Positions 19,200-29,346 are shown, counted from the stretch's first letter. The stretch: 60,277 nt of DNA from Candidatus Thorarchaeota archaeon (GCA_003345545.1 PRDH01000028.1:1-60277); one strand, 5' to 3'. Program-made: numbers and translations. The notes: a model not told the origin generated them from the sequence alone.

Positions 19200-19769
19200 G
19201 TGGCACAGGAAGGACCGCACATGATTGAAGCCGGGTCTGATTATGTCCTCAAGATGGTCGCATTGGGTGACGGTGCAGTCGGGAAGACCAGCTGCATCAT
19301 GCGATACACTGAGAACAGATTCGGTGAGCAGTACAAGGCGACCATAGGGACCAGCATTGCAGTCAAGAACGTCGTAGTGGAGATCGAGGGCAGGGCCCGA
19401 ACTGCGCAGATTGTCCTCTGGGACCTTGCAGGGCAGCCCACATACAGGGACCTGCGGCAAAGGTACATGGTCGGCTCATCGATGGCATTCCTAGTATATG
19501 ATGTGACACGGCCAAGCACCTTCCTCAGTCTCGATGACTGGTATAAGAATTTCCGCAAAGTCTGCCCAGATGCCATTGTCGCACTCGTGGCAAACAAGGT
19601 TGATAGAGAAGACAGGTTAGTGCCGACTGAAGCAGGCGAAATGCTTCAGAAATGGCTTGGCGTGTTGTACCTGGAAACGTCAGCCCTTACCGGACAGAAT
19701 ATCAACGCACTCTTTGAGAAATGCGCAGAGTTGGCAATCAAGCGGGAACTGGAAAAGGAGATATTGTAG
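19200..19769 (+). CDS. Rab/Ras-like small GTPase (eukaryotic signature protein)
   Basis: G1 GDGAVGKT, G2 YKATIG, G3 WDLAGQ, G4 NKVD, G5 ETSA; no C-terminal prenylation Cys motif. Confidence 0.92.
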   Translation: MAQEGPHMIEAGSDYVLKMVALGDGAVGKTSCIMRYTENRFGEQYKATIGTSIAVKNVVVEIEGRARTAQIVLWDLAGQPTYRDLRQRYMVGSSMAFLVYDVTRPSTFLSLDDWYKNFRKVCPDAIVALVANKVDREDRLVPTEAGEMLQKWLGVLYLETSALTGQNINALFEKCAELAIKRELEKEIL

Positions 19770-19835
19770 GGGCTCCTATGTAGATGTATACTGCGTCTTG
19801 CATCCTAGTTCTGCTTTCAATTATGCGTGATGTTG

Positions 19836-21356
19836 CTACGGGTAGAATGTCTGAGCCGCTTGAAATGCGTAATCGAGTACTAGGTTTGGCAGGATAAACA
19901 ACAGGAGTACAACGAATACGCAAATGCCTGCTGAGAGCATTGAGGATCGTGGCATACACAGCTTCGTATCATTGGCTGGATCCAGCATGTAGGAGTACTT
20001 CAAGACACGGAGGTAATAGCCTAGAGAAAAGACTGAGTTCAGGAGGCCCACTAAAGCCAGCCACCACATGCCTGCAACAATTGCACTCTGGAATACAACT
20101 AGCTTTGACCAGAAACCGACACCGACTGGCAGACCGGCCAAAGAAAGCATCAGGATTGCAAGCATTGCTGACGCCATCGGAGCCTTCTTGCTGAGCCCAG
20201 CCAGATCGTCGTAGGTTATCCGTCTTGCTAATGTAAGGGACATCGCCCATACGAGAATGAATGCCGCTGTCTTCATGATGGAATGGGCGAAGGCAAAGAA
20301 GACTGCCGATGCCATTCCAATTTCATTTCCTGCAGCGATGCCAATGAACAAGTAGCCCATCATTGCAATGCTTGAGTAGGCAAGCATTCTCATAATGTCC
20401 TTCTGAGCTAGTGCAAGCACATTCCCGATGACCATAGTCAGAATTGCAACTCCAGCTATCAACGGAGCCCACTCCGTCTTAGCAACGAAGAAAGCAATCA
20501 TGAGAATTCTCATGAGAGCACTCACGCCGGTCTTCTTTGACCCGCCAGCTAGATACGCAGTAACACTTCCGTCAGCACTGGCGTACGCATCTGGCACCCA
20601 TTGCCACCCAGGAAAGATGCCTACCTTGAATCCAAATGATACAATGAAGAGGACCATGGCCAGGAGCAGCGTATAGGCCGAAGACTCGCTTCCGACTGGA
20701 GTTGCCCAAAGGTTTGTGATGTAGATCCTGATTGCCTGCAGATCCGTAGAGCCCGTAACCCCCAAGGTGAGAGCAATGCCTAGTAGCATGAGAGCAGTTG
20801 CCAACAGACCCATCACGAAGTACTTCAGCGCACCATCTACAGCCTCCCTGTGAGGGCCAAGTGCGACTAATACATAGGTGGGTGTAGACATTAGCTCCCA
20901 AGCAATAAACAGGGCGACGAGATCGGTTGCCATGACGACCCACAGAGCTCCTGCGAATGAGATGAGAAGCAGAAAGTTATAGGTCCCCTTGTCTCCGCCC
21001 CATACACTCGATGACATCAGGACCAGGAAGGCCACAACTAGCACAATGTAGATGAAGATGTCACTGAAAGCATTTCGAACAAAGAGCGTTCCAAAGGAAT
21101 AGCCTGGCATTGTCTCTGGAATTGTCTCTGGATTGAGCAAGACCATCTCAAGTGTTGCAAGAACTACACCAACGAAGCTGACACCGAGGGGATTGTATCT
21201 AAGACCAATTACCAATGCCAGTATTGCGAAAAGCACCAGGGTTATCGCTGGGAGCGACATAATCCAACCATCAGGAACGAAAGCTAGGATTGCATCTGTC
21301 AATCCGGAGAAGACACTTCGCAAGAAACTCGCAATCAAGTCTAGTTGCATCATCAA
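19836..21356 (-). CDS. nuoN: Complex I-like antiporter subunit N
   Basis: AWELMS, ALKYFVMG, FKVG..P..QWVPDAY, RMLAYSSIA, SLAGLP...GFWSK. Confidence 0.9.
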   Translation of the reverse strand: MMMQLDLIASFLRSVFSGLTDAILAFVPDGWIMSLPAITLVLFAILALVIGLRYNPLGVSFVGVVLATLEMVLLNPETIPETMPGYSFGTLFVRNAFSDIFIYIVLVVAFLVLMSSSVWGGDKGTYNFLLLISFAGALWVVMATDLVALFIAWELMSTPTYVLVALGPHREAVDGALKYFVMGLLATALMLLGIALTLGVTGSTDLQAIRIYITNLWATPVGSESSAYTLLLAMVLFIVSFGFKVGIFPGWQWVPDAYASADGSVTAYLAGGSKKTGVSALMRILMIAFFVAKTEWAPLIAGVAILTMVIGNVLALAQKDIMRMLAYSSIAMMGYLFIGIAAGNEIGMASAVFFAFAHSIMKTAAFILVWAMSLTLARRITYDDLAGLSKKAPMASAMLAILMLSLAGLPVGVGFWSKLVVFQSAIVAGMWWLALVGLLNSVFSLGYYLRVLKYSYMLDPANDTKLCMPRSSMLSAGICVFVVLLLFILPNLVLDYAFQAAQTFYP

Positions 21357-22924
21357 GGCATACCTCCCAGGAGCATCTGTTCGATAACTGGTTGTATTAC
21401 TCCGAGAATCAAGTCAGGCCATATTCCAAGCAAGATGACAGGAATCAGCATCAGTGTTGGCGCGACCAGGTCGTTCCAGGAGGCCTCAGAGACCTCCACT
21501 TGAGGGTCAGGGTCGCTGAACACGATTCTGTTCAGCATCCACAGCATGTAGCCCACCGTGAGAAAGATGCCAAAGGCAATCAGTGCCGACAGGGGGTATA
21601 TCACAATAGCTCCAAAGATGACCAGTGCTTCAGCAATAAAGCCACTAAAGCCAGGTAGACCAAAAGCTGCGAGCGTGGCGATTATCAACACTCCAGAGAG
21701 GTGCGGTGCTTTCGTCATAAGACCCTTGACATTGGGAATCTCTCTCGTCCCTGCGCTGTATTTGAGCTGACCTGCAACAATGAACATCACGGATATGATC
21801 GTGCCATGAGAGAACATCATAAATATTGAACCCTGAACAGCCAAGTTTGCTGCTGCCTGGATTGCAGGATCGGGGGAGTTGTAGCCAGCAGCATAGGCAG
21901 CAACACCAAGTAGGACCCAAGCCATATGATTGATCGAGGTGTACGCGACAAGGCTCTTCATGTCAGTCTGAGCAAGTGCAGTGAAAGCAGCATAGATGCA
22001 CGTAAAGACAGCAACGACTGCAAACGGAATGGCCAGTCGTGCCATAGCCTCAGGTACCATCCACAGGCCAAGACGGATGAATGCATACCCTCCCATCTTT
22101 AGCAGGATTCCTGCAAGAATGACAGAGCCTGGTGTCGGAGCCTTCACATGTGCCCATGGAAGCCAGTTGTGAAGAGGAAATACGGGCAACTTCACACCAG
22201 CACCCACAAAGAGAGCAAGGGCGAATCCAATCTGAACGGTTGGATCGAGTCCAACGTTGCGTAGCGCGACCATATCGAAGGTGGGTACATGATCGACCGT
22301 GAAGTTGGAGGACATGAAGTAGAGATAGAAGAAGCCCACCAACATCACAGCAGAGCCGAGATGTGTGTAGATGAAGAACTTGATTGAGGCGTGTCTACTA
22401 CCTTCCTCGCCCCACCTGCCAATGATGAAGAACATGGGCACTAGGACAAGTTCCCAGAATACGAAGAATCCAATCAAATCAAATGAAACAAAGACTCCCA
22501 GCAGCCCTGTCTGAAGCAGAAGAAACAGAGCGTAGTAGACATTTGCAGAGTCCTTGATGTGATTCGACCCGATGGCTGCAATCCACACAACGAGGGCGGA
22601 AAGCAGAACCAAGACCATCGAAATTCCATCGACGCCAAGGATAATCTCAAAGACTGGAGAATCTGTGGTTGTTCCTAGTCGAGCTAAGATATAGCTCCAG
22701 GTGTGGCTCAGACCGCCTGGGGCTGGACCTACTGATGGAGTGCCCAGCATCAGTAGTACGGAGAGACCCAGCTCTAGAGTTGTGATGACCAGCGTGATGG
22801 CTCGCGCTCCCTTGTTTCCGAGGAGATAGGCGAGGAATGCGCCACCTAGAGGCATCACAAGCATTAGGACAAGGATGTTCAATGGAAGACTACTGATAAG
22901 ACTCGTGGCAAAGTCCAGCTGCAT
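21353..22924 (-). CDS. nuoM: Complex I-like antiporter subunit M
   Basis: FWELVLVPM, KFFIYT, VKLPVFPLHNWLPWAH, LLKMGGY, PGFSGFIAE. Confidence 0.92.
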   Translation of the reverse strand: MQLDFATSLISSLPLNILVLMLVMPLGGAFLAYLLGNKGARAITLVITTLELGLSVLLMLGTPSVGPAPGGLSHTWSYILARLGTTTDSPVFEIILGVDGISMVLVLLSALVVWIAAIGSNHIKDSANVYYALFLLLQTGLLGVFVSFDLIGFFVFWELVLVPMFFIIGRWGEEGSRHASIKFFIYTHLGSAVMLVGFFYLYFMSSNFTVDHVPTFDMVALRNVGLDPTVQIGFALALFVGAGVKLPVFPLHNWLPWAHVKAPTPGSVILAGILLKMGGYAFIRLGLWMVPEAMARLAIPFAVVAVFTCIYAAFTALAQTDMKSLVAYTSINHMAWVLLGVAAYAAGYNSPDPAIQAAANLAVQGSIFMMFSHGTIISVMFIVAGQLKYSAGTREIPNVKGLMTKAPHLSGVLIIATLAAFGLPGFSGFIAEALVIFGAIVIYPLSALIAFGIFLTVGYMLWMLNRIVFSDPDPQVEVSEASWNDLVAPTLMLIPVILLGIWPDLILGVIQPVIEQMLLGGMP

Positions 22925-25126
22925 CTAGAGTACCCCCATTGCTAGAAGGCCGATGACTATCAAGAGGCCAATGCCAAAGATCACCACACTTACGTAATCA
23001 TTGATTCGCCCGGTCTGCGTTTCCAGTCCTATCTCTGAAGCCTCCACGCTCCTAGTTGAAACCCCCTCTGCAAAACCATCAATGATATTGTCATCAAACC
23101 AGCGAATCTTTCTTGAAAGGGTCTGCGCAGTACCAGCAGATTTGAAGTCAATCCCATCGATTACGGGATCATCGACTTGGACTCGCCAGGCATCTGCGAA
23201 GCGGAGGAGCTTGTTTACGAACCAGTAGTAGGACTCATTGATGTACCATCGATGCCTCAGAAGGTTGTACAGCTTCCGGCGAACACCATTATCAGGAATA
23301 ACTGAGTTTGGTCTATCTGCATTCTTTATGTAAATTCGATACGCAGGTACTCCGCCAAGAAGGAGAGCGCCAATAGTGATCGCGAACGGGACAACTCCAG
23401 GCATTGTGAACTTGGCGATAGTCATCTCCCAGAGTGTTCCTATCAATAGCTCTGGAGTCATCGGTCCTTCTTGGAGAATGATTGCTTGAATAAAGGGAAA
23501 CACAAGGAATGCAATTATCGTGAATCCTGCGAGGATATACAACGGAACCATCATAGCAGGACCGGGGTCATGAGGACTCGTGTGATGTTCTTCTTCTTGA
23601 TGTTCCGGCTCCTTTCCATGAAAGACTATTCCCATGAGCCTTATGCTGTAGAAGATAGTACATGCTGCGGCAAACACTGCAAGGCCGAACAGCAGAATGC
23701 CAAATGAATACTCGACAGCTAACTCGTAGGTGTACTCTATAATGGAGTCCTTGGACCAGAAACCAGATAGCGGTGGAATGCCCGCAAGTGCAAGCACACC
23801 AATCAGCATGACTCGATAGGTCCGAGGCATGCTCTTCTTCAGACCTCCCATATTGGACATATACTTCGTATGGACTACATGAATGACGCCGCCAGCGGCA
23901 AGGAAGAGAAGGGCTTTGAAGGCACCATGGGAAACAACATGAAGCACACCGCTGAGATATGCCTGATCGAAGTGACCATTCACAGCGAGGATTCCGCCTG
24001 TGCCAATTGCCAGAATCATGTAGCCTAGCTGACTCAGAGTTGAGAAGGCAAGGACCTGCTTGAGCTCGTTCGAAACCATGCCCATTGTAGCTGTCATAAA
24101 AGCAGTAATCGCTCCGACGACTGCAACAATGATGAAGAATGTGATGGCCATCTCGATACCGAAAGTCTGTAGCGGCGCAAAGCCAGGTCCTGCGCGAATT
24201 TCATGAGCTGGGGTTGCAGTAGCATTTACAATGGTCACCAGGAAACGAGCAGTGATATACACACCAGCCTTAACCATAGTCGCAGCATGAATCAACGCAG
24301 AGACCGCAGTCGGGCCGCTCATTGCCTCTGGGAGCCACACCTGCAGGGGAACCTGACCAGACTTTCCTATGGCACCTGCAAAGATGAGGATGAGCGCAGG
24401 TAGCAGGAGACCCCAGTTCGCCATCGTACCCCACCAATTATTGATATTGTTGGCAAGGTCTGTGAACAGGAAGGAACCAGTGAACGTGAAGAGCAGGAGA
24501 ATGCCGCCCAGCATCAAGGCGTCGCCAACCCTTGTAACGATGAAGGCCTTCGTGCCGCAGTGAGTGTTGTATTCGCCCTCTGTCTCGAATTGCAGCAAAG
24601 GATTACTCTGTTGATAGCCCATGGGATCTTGTTCCGGCCTGTTCCGCTTGTCATTCCAGAAACCAATGAGACCATAGCTGCATAGGCCCATGATCTCCCA
24701 ACCTATGAAAGCAATCAGCAGGGATCCGCTCAGGACTAGAGTCAGCATTCCTCCTCCGAACAAGAGCATCAGGAAGAAGAATCTGTTTCTATCGGCTTCA
24801 TGAGCCATGTACTCAGTGCTGTACACATAGATGAGAAAACACAGCGTGCTTGATAGAATGGCCATGATCACGGAGAGCGGGTCGAGGAGCATCTCGAAGG
24901 GAACATAGAGACCTGGGATATTGATCCACTCATAATGTGGCATGTGCTCTATGCCTAGGTCTGGAAGAAGGGACCAACATAGCACCATTGTCATGCCCAT
25001 CAATATAGCTGGCGTCCAGTCACGGAGCCTTATGCTGAATCTTCCCACAAGTGGCACCAACAGTGATCCAGCCAGAGGAATGACGAGGATTAGATAATAG
25101 GGTAGACCAAGTAACATCTGACTCAC
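22925..25126 (-). CDS. nuoL: Complex I-like antiporter subunit L, 733 aa, with extended lateral helix
   Basis: GWEIMGLCSY, KSGQVPLQVWLPEAMSGPT, HAATMVKAG, FWSKD, QTG.INDY terminal motif. Confidence 0.92.
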   Translation of the reverse strand: MSQMLLGLPYYLILVIPLAGSLLVPLVGRFSIRLRDWTPAILMGMTMVLCWSLLPDLGIEHMPHYEWINIPGLYVPFEMLLDPLSVIMAILSSTLCFLIYVYSTEYMAHEADRNRFFFLMLLFGGGMLTLVLSGSLLIAFIGWEIMGLCSYGLIGFWNDKRNRPEQDPMGYQQSNPLLQFETEGEYNTHCGTKAFIVTRVGDALMLGGILLLFTFTGSFLFTDLANNINNWWGTMANWGLLLPALILIFAGAIGKSGQVPLQVWLPEAMSGPTAVSALIHAATMVKAGVYITARFLVTIVNATATPAHEIRAGPGFAPLQTFGIEMAITFFIIVAVVGAITAFMTATMGMVSNELKQVLAFSTLSQLGYMILAIGTGGILAVNGHFDQAYLSGVLHVVSHGAFKALLFLAAGGVIHVVHTKYMSNMGGLKKSMPRTYRVMLIGVLALAGIPPLSGFWSKDSIIEYTYELAVEYSFGILLFGLAVFAAACTIFYSIRLMGIVFHGKEPEHQEEEHHTSPHDPGPAMMVPLYILAGFTIIAFLVFPFIQAIILQEGPMTPELLIGTLWEMTIAKFTMPGVVPFAITIGALLLGGVPAYRIYIKNADRPNSVIPDNGVRRKLYNLLRHRWYINESYYWFVNKLLRFADAWRVQVDDPVIDGIDFKSAGTAQTLSRKIRWFDDNIIDGFAEGVSTRSVEASEIGLETQTGRINDYVSVVIFGIGLLIVIGLLAMGVL

Positions 25127-25127
25127 C

Positions 25128-26624
25128 TCATGGGCCGAACACGCCTGAAAACACCGGGACTATGACATCGAGTGCCAAGCTCGGGAATATTCCAAAGATT
25201 ACAATGAGAACGCCAAGGATCACCATCGGGATGGTCATTGATCGAGGACTCTCCTTCACTTCCTCAAGAGACTCCGGATGCGCACCCAAGAACACGCGCC
25301 AGAAGAATCGCAGCATGTAGGCAGCACTCAGAATCGAGCTTGATGCTGCAATAATGGCCAGAAGTAGAAAGCTCATGTTGAGCTCCGCACCGGGAATCGG
25401 AATCGCTGCTTGGAAGCCTCCCAGAAACATCATCCATTCACTTGCAAAACCCGAGAGGGGAGGGCTGCCCGCAATGCTCATCATTCCTATCGCTGCCGCA
25501 AATGCAGTGATAGGCATCTTGTTGGAGAGACCACCCATCTTCTTGATGTCGCGAAGACCTGTCTGATGTATGACCGCACCGGCAGACATGAACAACAGCC
25601 CCTTGGAGAAAGCATGGTTGATGAGATGAAACATTCCACCAGATACGCCTGCAATTGTTGCAGTGCCCAGAGCGAAGAGCACGTACCCCATCTGTGAAAC
25701 AGATGAATATGCAAGGAGTCTCTTGATGTCTACCTGGGCAAGAGCCATGAAACCGCCGTAGAAAACTGTGATAACACCAAGTGTTGCTATGTAGAGGGCA
25801 AACTGACTTGCGACGACATCCAGAGTCAGTGTACCAAATCGTACGAGAGCATAGGCACCTGTCTCAATCATCGCACCGGACAGGAGAACAGAGATTGGAG
25901 TAGGTGCCTCTGCATGAACCGGTGGAAGCCACCAATGGATCGGAAACACTGCCATCTTGACTAGGAAGCCAGCAGCAAGCAGTATGAAGATAATCTTGAA
26001 TATCAGGTCTCCACTCGCCCCAAGGTTTGCCAGTACAAAAGATCCACCACCGTTGGCGTATAGCAATCCGAATCCAATAAGGATACAGACTGCACCGGAC
26101 TGGGTATAGAGCCAGAACTTGAGAGCTGTGCGCTTTCGAGTTTCTGGAAGTCCCCAGAAGAGGATGAGGAAATAGCTGGGGACAAGCATGATTTCCCATG
26201 CAATGAAGAATTCTATTAGGTTAGTTGCAAGTGTCACCCAAATCATGCCCATGATGAAGAAGAGCTGATTGGCGAAGAAGGTCGGTTTGTGTTCTGTGTG
26301 TTCAGTGTACCCTACTGCATACACCACTGATAGGAATCCGAGCACAACGACTGCGAGGGTGATGGGAAATGCTACGGGGTCAAGAAAGAGCCCGAACGGC
26401 TCTAGAAGTGTCGACCAGACATATGTCTCCTCTGAGAAGCCTTCGGTCATCAGCTCGTAGAAGGGCTCTATCATCAAAGCAGAGCCTGCAAGAGATACAC
26501 CAGTGGCAATCTTTCCCGCGCTATTACTGATTCTATTCTTGAAGACGTAGATGAGGAGTGCTCCTATGAACATGACAGCTAGAGAGAGCGCCATGAAGGG
26601 GAACTCAGAGAGGAAGGTCTGCAT
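25128..26624 (-). CDS. Additional (fourth) antiporter subunit, NuoM/MrpD-like
   Basis: AWEIMLVP, VKMAVFPIHWWLPPVHAEAP, KRLLAYSSVSQMG, GFASEW; likely start MQTFLS overlapping the nuoI stop. Confidence 0.88.
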   Translation of the reverse strand: MQTFLSEFPFMALSLAVMFIGALLIYVFKNRISNSAGKIATGVSLAGSALMIEPFYELMTEGFSEETYVWSTLLEPFGLFLDPVAFPITLAVVVLGFLSVVYAVGYTEHTEHKPTFFANQLFFIMGMIWVTLATNLIEFFIAWEIMLVPSYFLILFWGLPETRKRTALKFWLYTQSGAVCILIGFGLLYANGGGSFVLANLGASGDLIFKIIFILLAAGFLVKMAVFPIHWWLPPVHAEAPTPISVLLSGAMIETGAYALVRFGTLTLDVVASQFALYIATLGVITVFYGGFMALAQVDIKRLLAYSSVSQMGYVLFALGTATIAGVSGGMFHLINHAFSKGLLFMSAGAVIHQTGLRDIKKMGGLSNKMPITAFAAAIGMMSIAGSPPLSGFASEWMMFLGGFQAAIPIPGAELNMSFLLLAIIAASSSILSAAYMLRFFWRVFLGAHPESLEEVKESPRSMTIPMVILGVLIVIFGIFPSLALDVIVPVFSGVFGP

Positions 26625-27055
26625 TACCGGAACCTCCTTCCACGCCACTCAAACGGTTCCCTCTCAAGGGTAGTGATCTTATCCGGCCCGTAAATCAGGT
26701 CTCTTCGATCGCCCTCACTTAGGTCGACGACTGGAGTGTGGAAAAGAGCGTTGAATCGGCAGGCCTCGACACAGTGCCCACAGAAGATGCAACGAGTATA
26801 GTCAAAGTATAGAGCTGCGTCTTTCTCGTACATCTTATCGTCCTTGTCTATTCGTATCGCAACGACTGGGCATGACCTAACGCACTGCGCACACGCTGTG
26901 CAGTTCTGTCGGACATGGATGTGCCTTCCACGTGTCCTCTCCGGATAGATTCTGTCCTCAAATGGGTAGAAGTAAGTGAAGGGTCTCTTGAAGACCTGCC
27001 TGAATGTGTGTTTCAGAATCTTGAAGATGTCACCCAGTACACTGAAGAAACCCAT
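26624..27055 (-). CDS. nuoI: Complex I subunit I, 2x[4Fe-4S]
   Basis: CTACAQCVRSCP and CIFCGHCVEAC. Confidence 0.92.
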   Translation of the reverse strand: MGFFSVLGDIFKILKHTFRQVFKRPFTYFYPFEDRIYPERTRGRHIHVRQNCTACAQCVRSCPVVAIRIDKDDKMYEKDAALYFDYTRCIFCGHCVEACRFNALFHTPVVDLSEGDRRDLIYGPDKITTLEREPFEWRGRRFR

Positions 27056-27058
27056 CGT

Positions 27059-28225
27059 TTATGGACCTCCTAAGGGCAACAATGCTGCCAGTTCAGGTAG
27101 ATAGACTATCGCGAGCATTGCGAATATGACATTCAGTAGCGCAAGAGGGAGCAGATACCTCCAACAATAGTGAACAATCTGGTCCTGTCTAAGTCGCTGG
27201 AATGACGAACTGACAAGTACGAAGAAGAAAAAGGTGATGATGAACTTGATAGTGAAGTTCACTGCACCAGGGAGGAAAGGCAGACCAACAGGCCCTCCCA
27301 AAAAGAGAGCGACGATTATGGCTGAGTAGAGCATCTGCTCAGCGAATTCTGCAAAGTAAGTGAGAGTGAAGTAGATTCCTGTGAACTCAGTCCTCCAGCC
27401 GAAGATGATCTCAGAGTCTGCAACAGGGGCGTCGAATGGGAATACACCTACTGATGCAATGGCTGCAATCAGGAATGTAGCAAGGTTCACAGGCAATACA
27501 ACTGCAAACCAGACAGAAGTCTGTGCTTGGGCGATGCCCATGAGACTCAGAGACCCAGCAAGCATAGCAGGTCCAGCTGAAGAAACAATCATTGGAATCT
27601 CTGCAGCAAACTGATTGTTCGCCGCTCGGAATCCTCCTATGAGTGAGTACTTGCAACCACTGACCCAACCTGCAAGCAATGATACGACAGGAACTGCCGT
27701 CAGGAAGGCGAATACTAGGACAAGACTCACTGAGAGGTCCGAAATGTACCAGAAGTCAAAGTCCCAAGGTATGAAACAGAATGGCAATAGTACAACCACA
27801 AGAAGGAGACAGGGCAGGAACCTGAACATCCAGCGTTTTGCATTATCTGGAATGATGGTTTCCTTTCCTATTAGCTTGATAGCATCGGCGAATAGCTGAA
27901 GTCCTCCATACTTGCCAATATGAAACGGTCCTCGTCTGTCTTGAATGCGACCCCAGAGTTTGCGTGTGAACCACACAGCCCAAATCAGAGTGAGCACTAC
28001 AAAGATCAGACCCGGAAACAAGACGGCTCGAAACAAGAACATGAAGTTCGCTGGTGAGAACACCATTGCCCAGAGCCATTCAATGATGCCCCAGGCCCAG
28101 TAGAAGACACCCAGAACGAGGTTGATTATCCATTGCAGTATGCCGTAGATCCAATCGGGAATCCCTGCAAGCCAAGTGAAGAAGTCGAACTGCAACATCA
28201 CACCTCCATTCACCGGTCCCACCAT
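27059..28225 (-). CDS. nuoH: Complex I subunit H with N-terminal Trp-rich extension
   Basis: RK..GRIQDRRGP, QLFADAIKL..KE, KYSLIGGFR, PFD, RLRQDQ; true start probably near 28198. Confidence 0.9.
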   Translation of the reverse strand: MVGPVNGGVMLQFDFFTWLAGIPDWIYGILQWIINLVLGVFYWAWGIIEWLWAMVFSPANFMFLFRAVLFPGLIFVVLTLIWAVWFTRKLWGRIQDRRGPFHIGKYGGLQLFADAIKLIGKETIIPDNAKRWMFRFLPCLLLVVVLLPFCFIPWDFDFWYISDLSVSLVLVFAFLTAVPVVSLLAGWVSGCKYSLIGGFRAANNQFAAEIPMIVSSAGPAMLAGSLSLMGIAQAQTSVWFAVVLPVNLATFLIAAIASVGVFPFDAPVADSEIIFGWRTEFTGIYFTLTYFAEFAEQMLYSAIIVALFLGGPVGLPFLPGAVNFTIKFIITFFFFVLVSSSFQRLRQDQIVHYCWRYLLPLALLNVIFAMLAIVYLPELAALLPLGGP

Positions 28226-29346
28226 CCAGGATACGGGTCTAAGCTTCCAAATATCACAATGAAGTCCGCAAACTTCGCGCCAGGGACCAAGTCCTTCAAA
28301 GCGTAGTAGGATGCAAAACAGGGTCCACGTATCTTTGCGCGATATGCACTCTGTGCCTTATCTTGAGTCTTGAGCCATAGTGATGTGATACCTCGTGTCC
28401 CTTCTACGCGACCGTATGCCTCTCCTGCCGGAAGTCTATTGACTTTGGCACGAGCTTTGGCGTCGATGATAGGACCTTCGGGTAATTGCGGTAGCAGTTG
28501 TTTTATAATCTCTACAGAGGTTTCTGCCTCCTTGAATCTCTGTTCCATCCGGTCTAGAGCATCACTCTCTCCAGGATGATCCGGATTCTCAGTAATCGGT
28601 ACTTCCCAATCGCACAGGTTGTATGCAAGATTCGAATCAGGAGCATCTTTTCTCAGGTCCATGGGGATGCCACATGCCTTGATGGGAGGTCCACTTAGTC
28701 CCCATTTGAGACCCTGTTTTGCGGTGTACTGCCCAATGCCCTTGGTCCTCGCTCTGAAGGTAGGACTTCCCATCTGCATATCCCGGAACTTGGGCAATCT
28801 GTCCTCAAACCTCTTGACGGCTCTATTGATCTGTTTCAAGACCTTCTCATTAAAGTCGAACCTTGTTCCGCCAGGAGTTGAGAACGATACAGTGTGTCGC
28901 GAACCCGTCAACTCTTCAAAGGCATCCAGTGAATACTCTCGGTCGACCCATGGCCAGAGAGCCATTGTAAAGAATCCAAGCTCTGCATTGAACTGTCCCC
29001 ACCAGAATTGAATACTGTGCAGACGGGACAGCTCCATCATGATGGTCCTCATGACCTTCGCTCGATCTGGTACCTCAAGCTCTGCAATCTTTTCAACTGC
29101 AGCAACATAGGGATACTCAGCAAGAAATGCCTCAAGCATGCACATTCTTTCCATGACAAGGGACCCTTGCCTGAAGGTCCTGTACTCAAGGACCTTCTCT
29201 GCAGAACGGTGAAAGTATCCGGCATTTGGATCACACTTGACAATGTAGTCGCCGACCAAAGTCAATTTTGTCGCCCATCCGTGAGCGGAAACATGTTGAG
29301 GTCCGAACCAGACATCTATGGCCTCATCAAGGATGTTAGGGCTCAC
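28210..29346 (-). CDS. nuoD: Complex I subunit D (no NiFe-binding CxxC pairs)
   Basis: GPQHVSAHG, GYFHRSAEK, ELSRLHS, C-terminus SLDPYPGWWDR. Confidence 0.9.
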   Translation of the reverse strand: MSPNILDEAIDVWFGPQHVSAHGWATKLTLVGDYIVKCDPNAGYFHRSAEKVLEYRTFRQGSLVMERMCMLEAFLAEYPYVAAVEKIAELEVPDRAKVMRTIMMELSRLHSIQFWWGQFNAELGFFTMALWPWVDREYSLDAFEELTGSRHTVSFSTPGGTRFDFNEKVLKQINRAVKRFEDRLPKFRDMQMGSPTFRARTKGIGQYTAKQGLKWGLSGPPIKACGIPMDLRKDAPDSNLAYNLCDWEVPITENPDHPGESDALDRMEQRFKEAETSVEIIKQLLPQLPEGPIIDAKARAKVNRLPAGEAYGRVEGTRGITSLWLKTQDKAQSAYRAKIRGPCFASYYALKDLVPGAKFADFIVIFGSLDPYPGWWDR

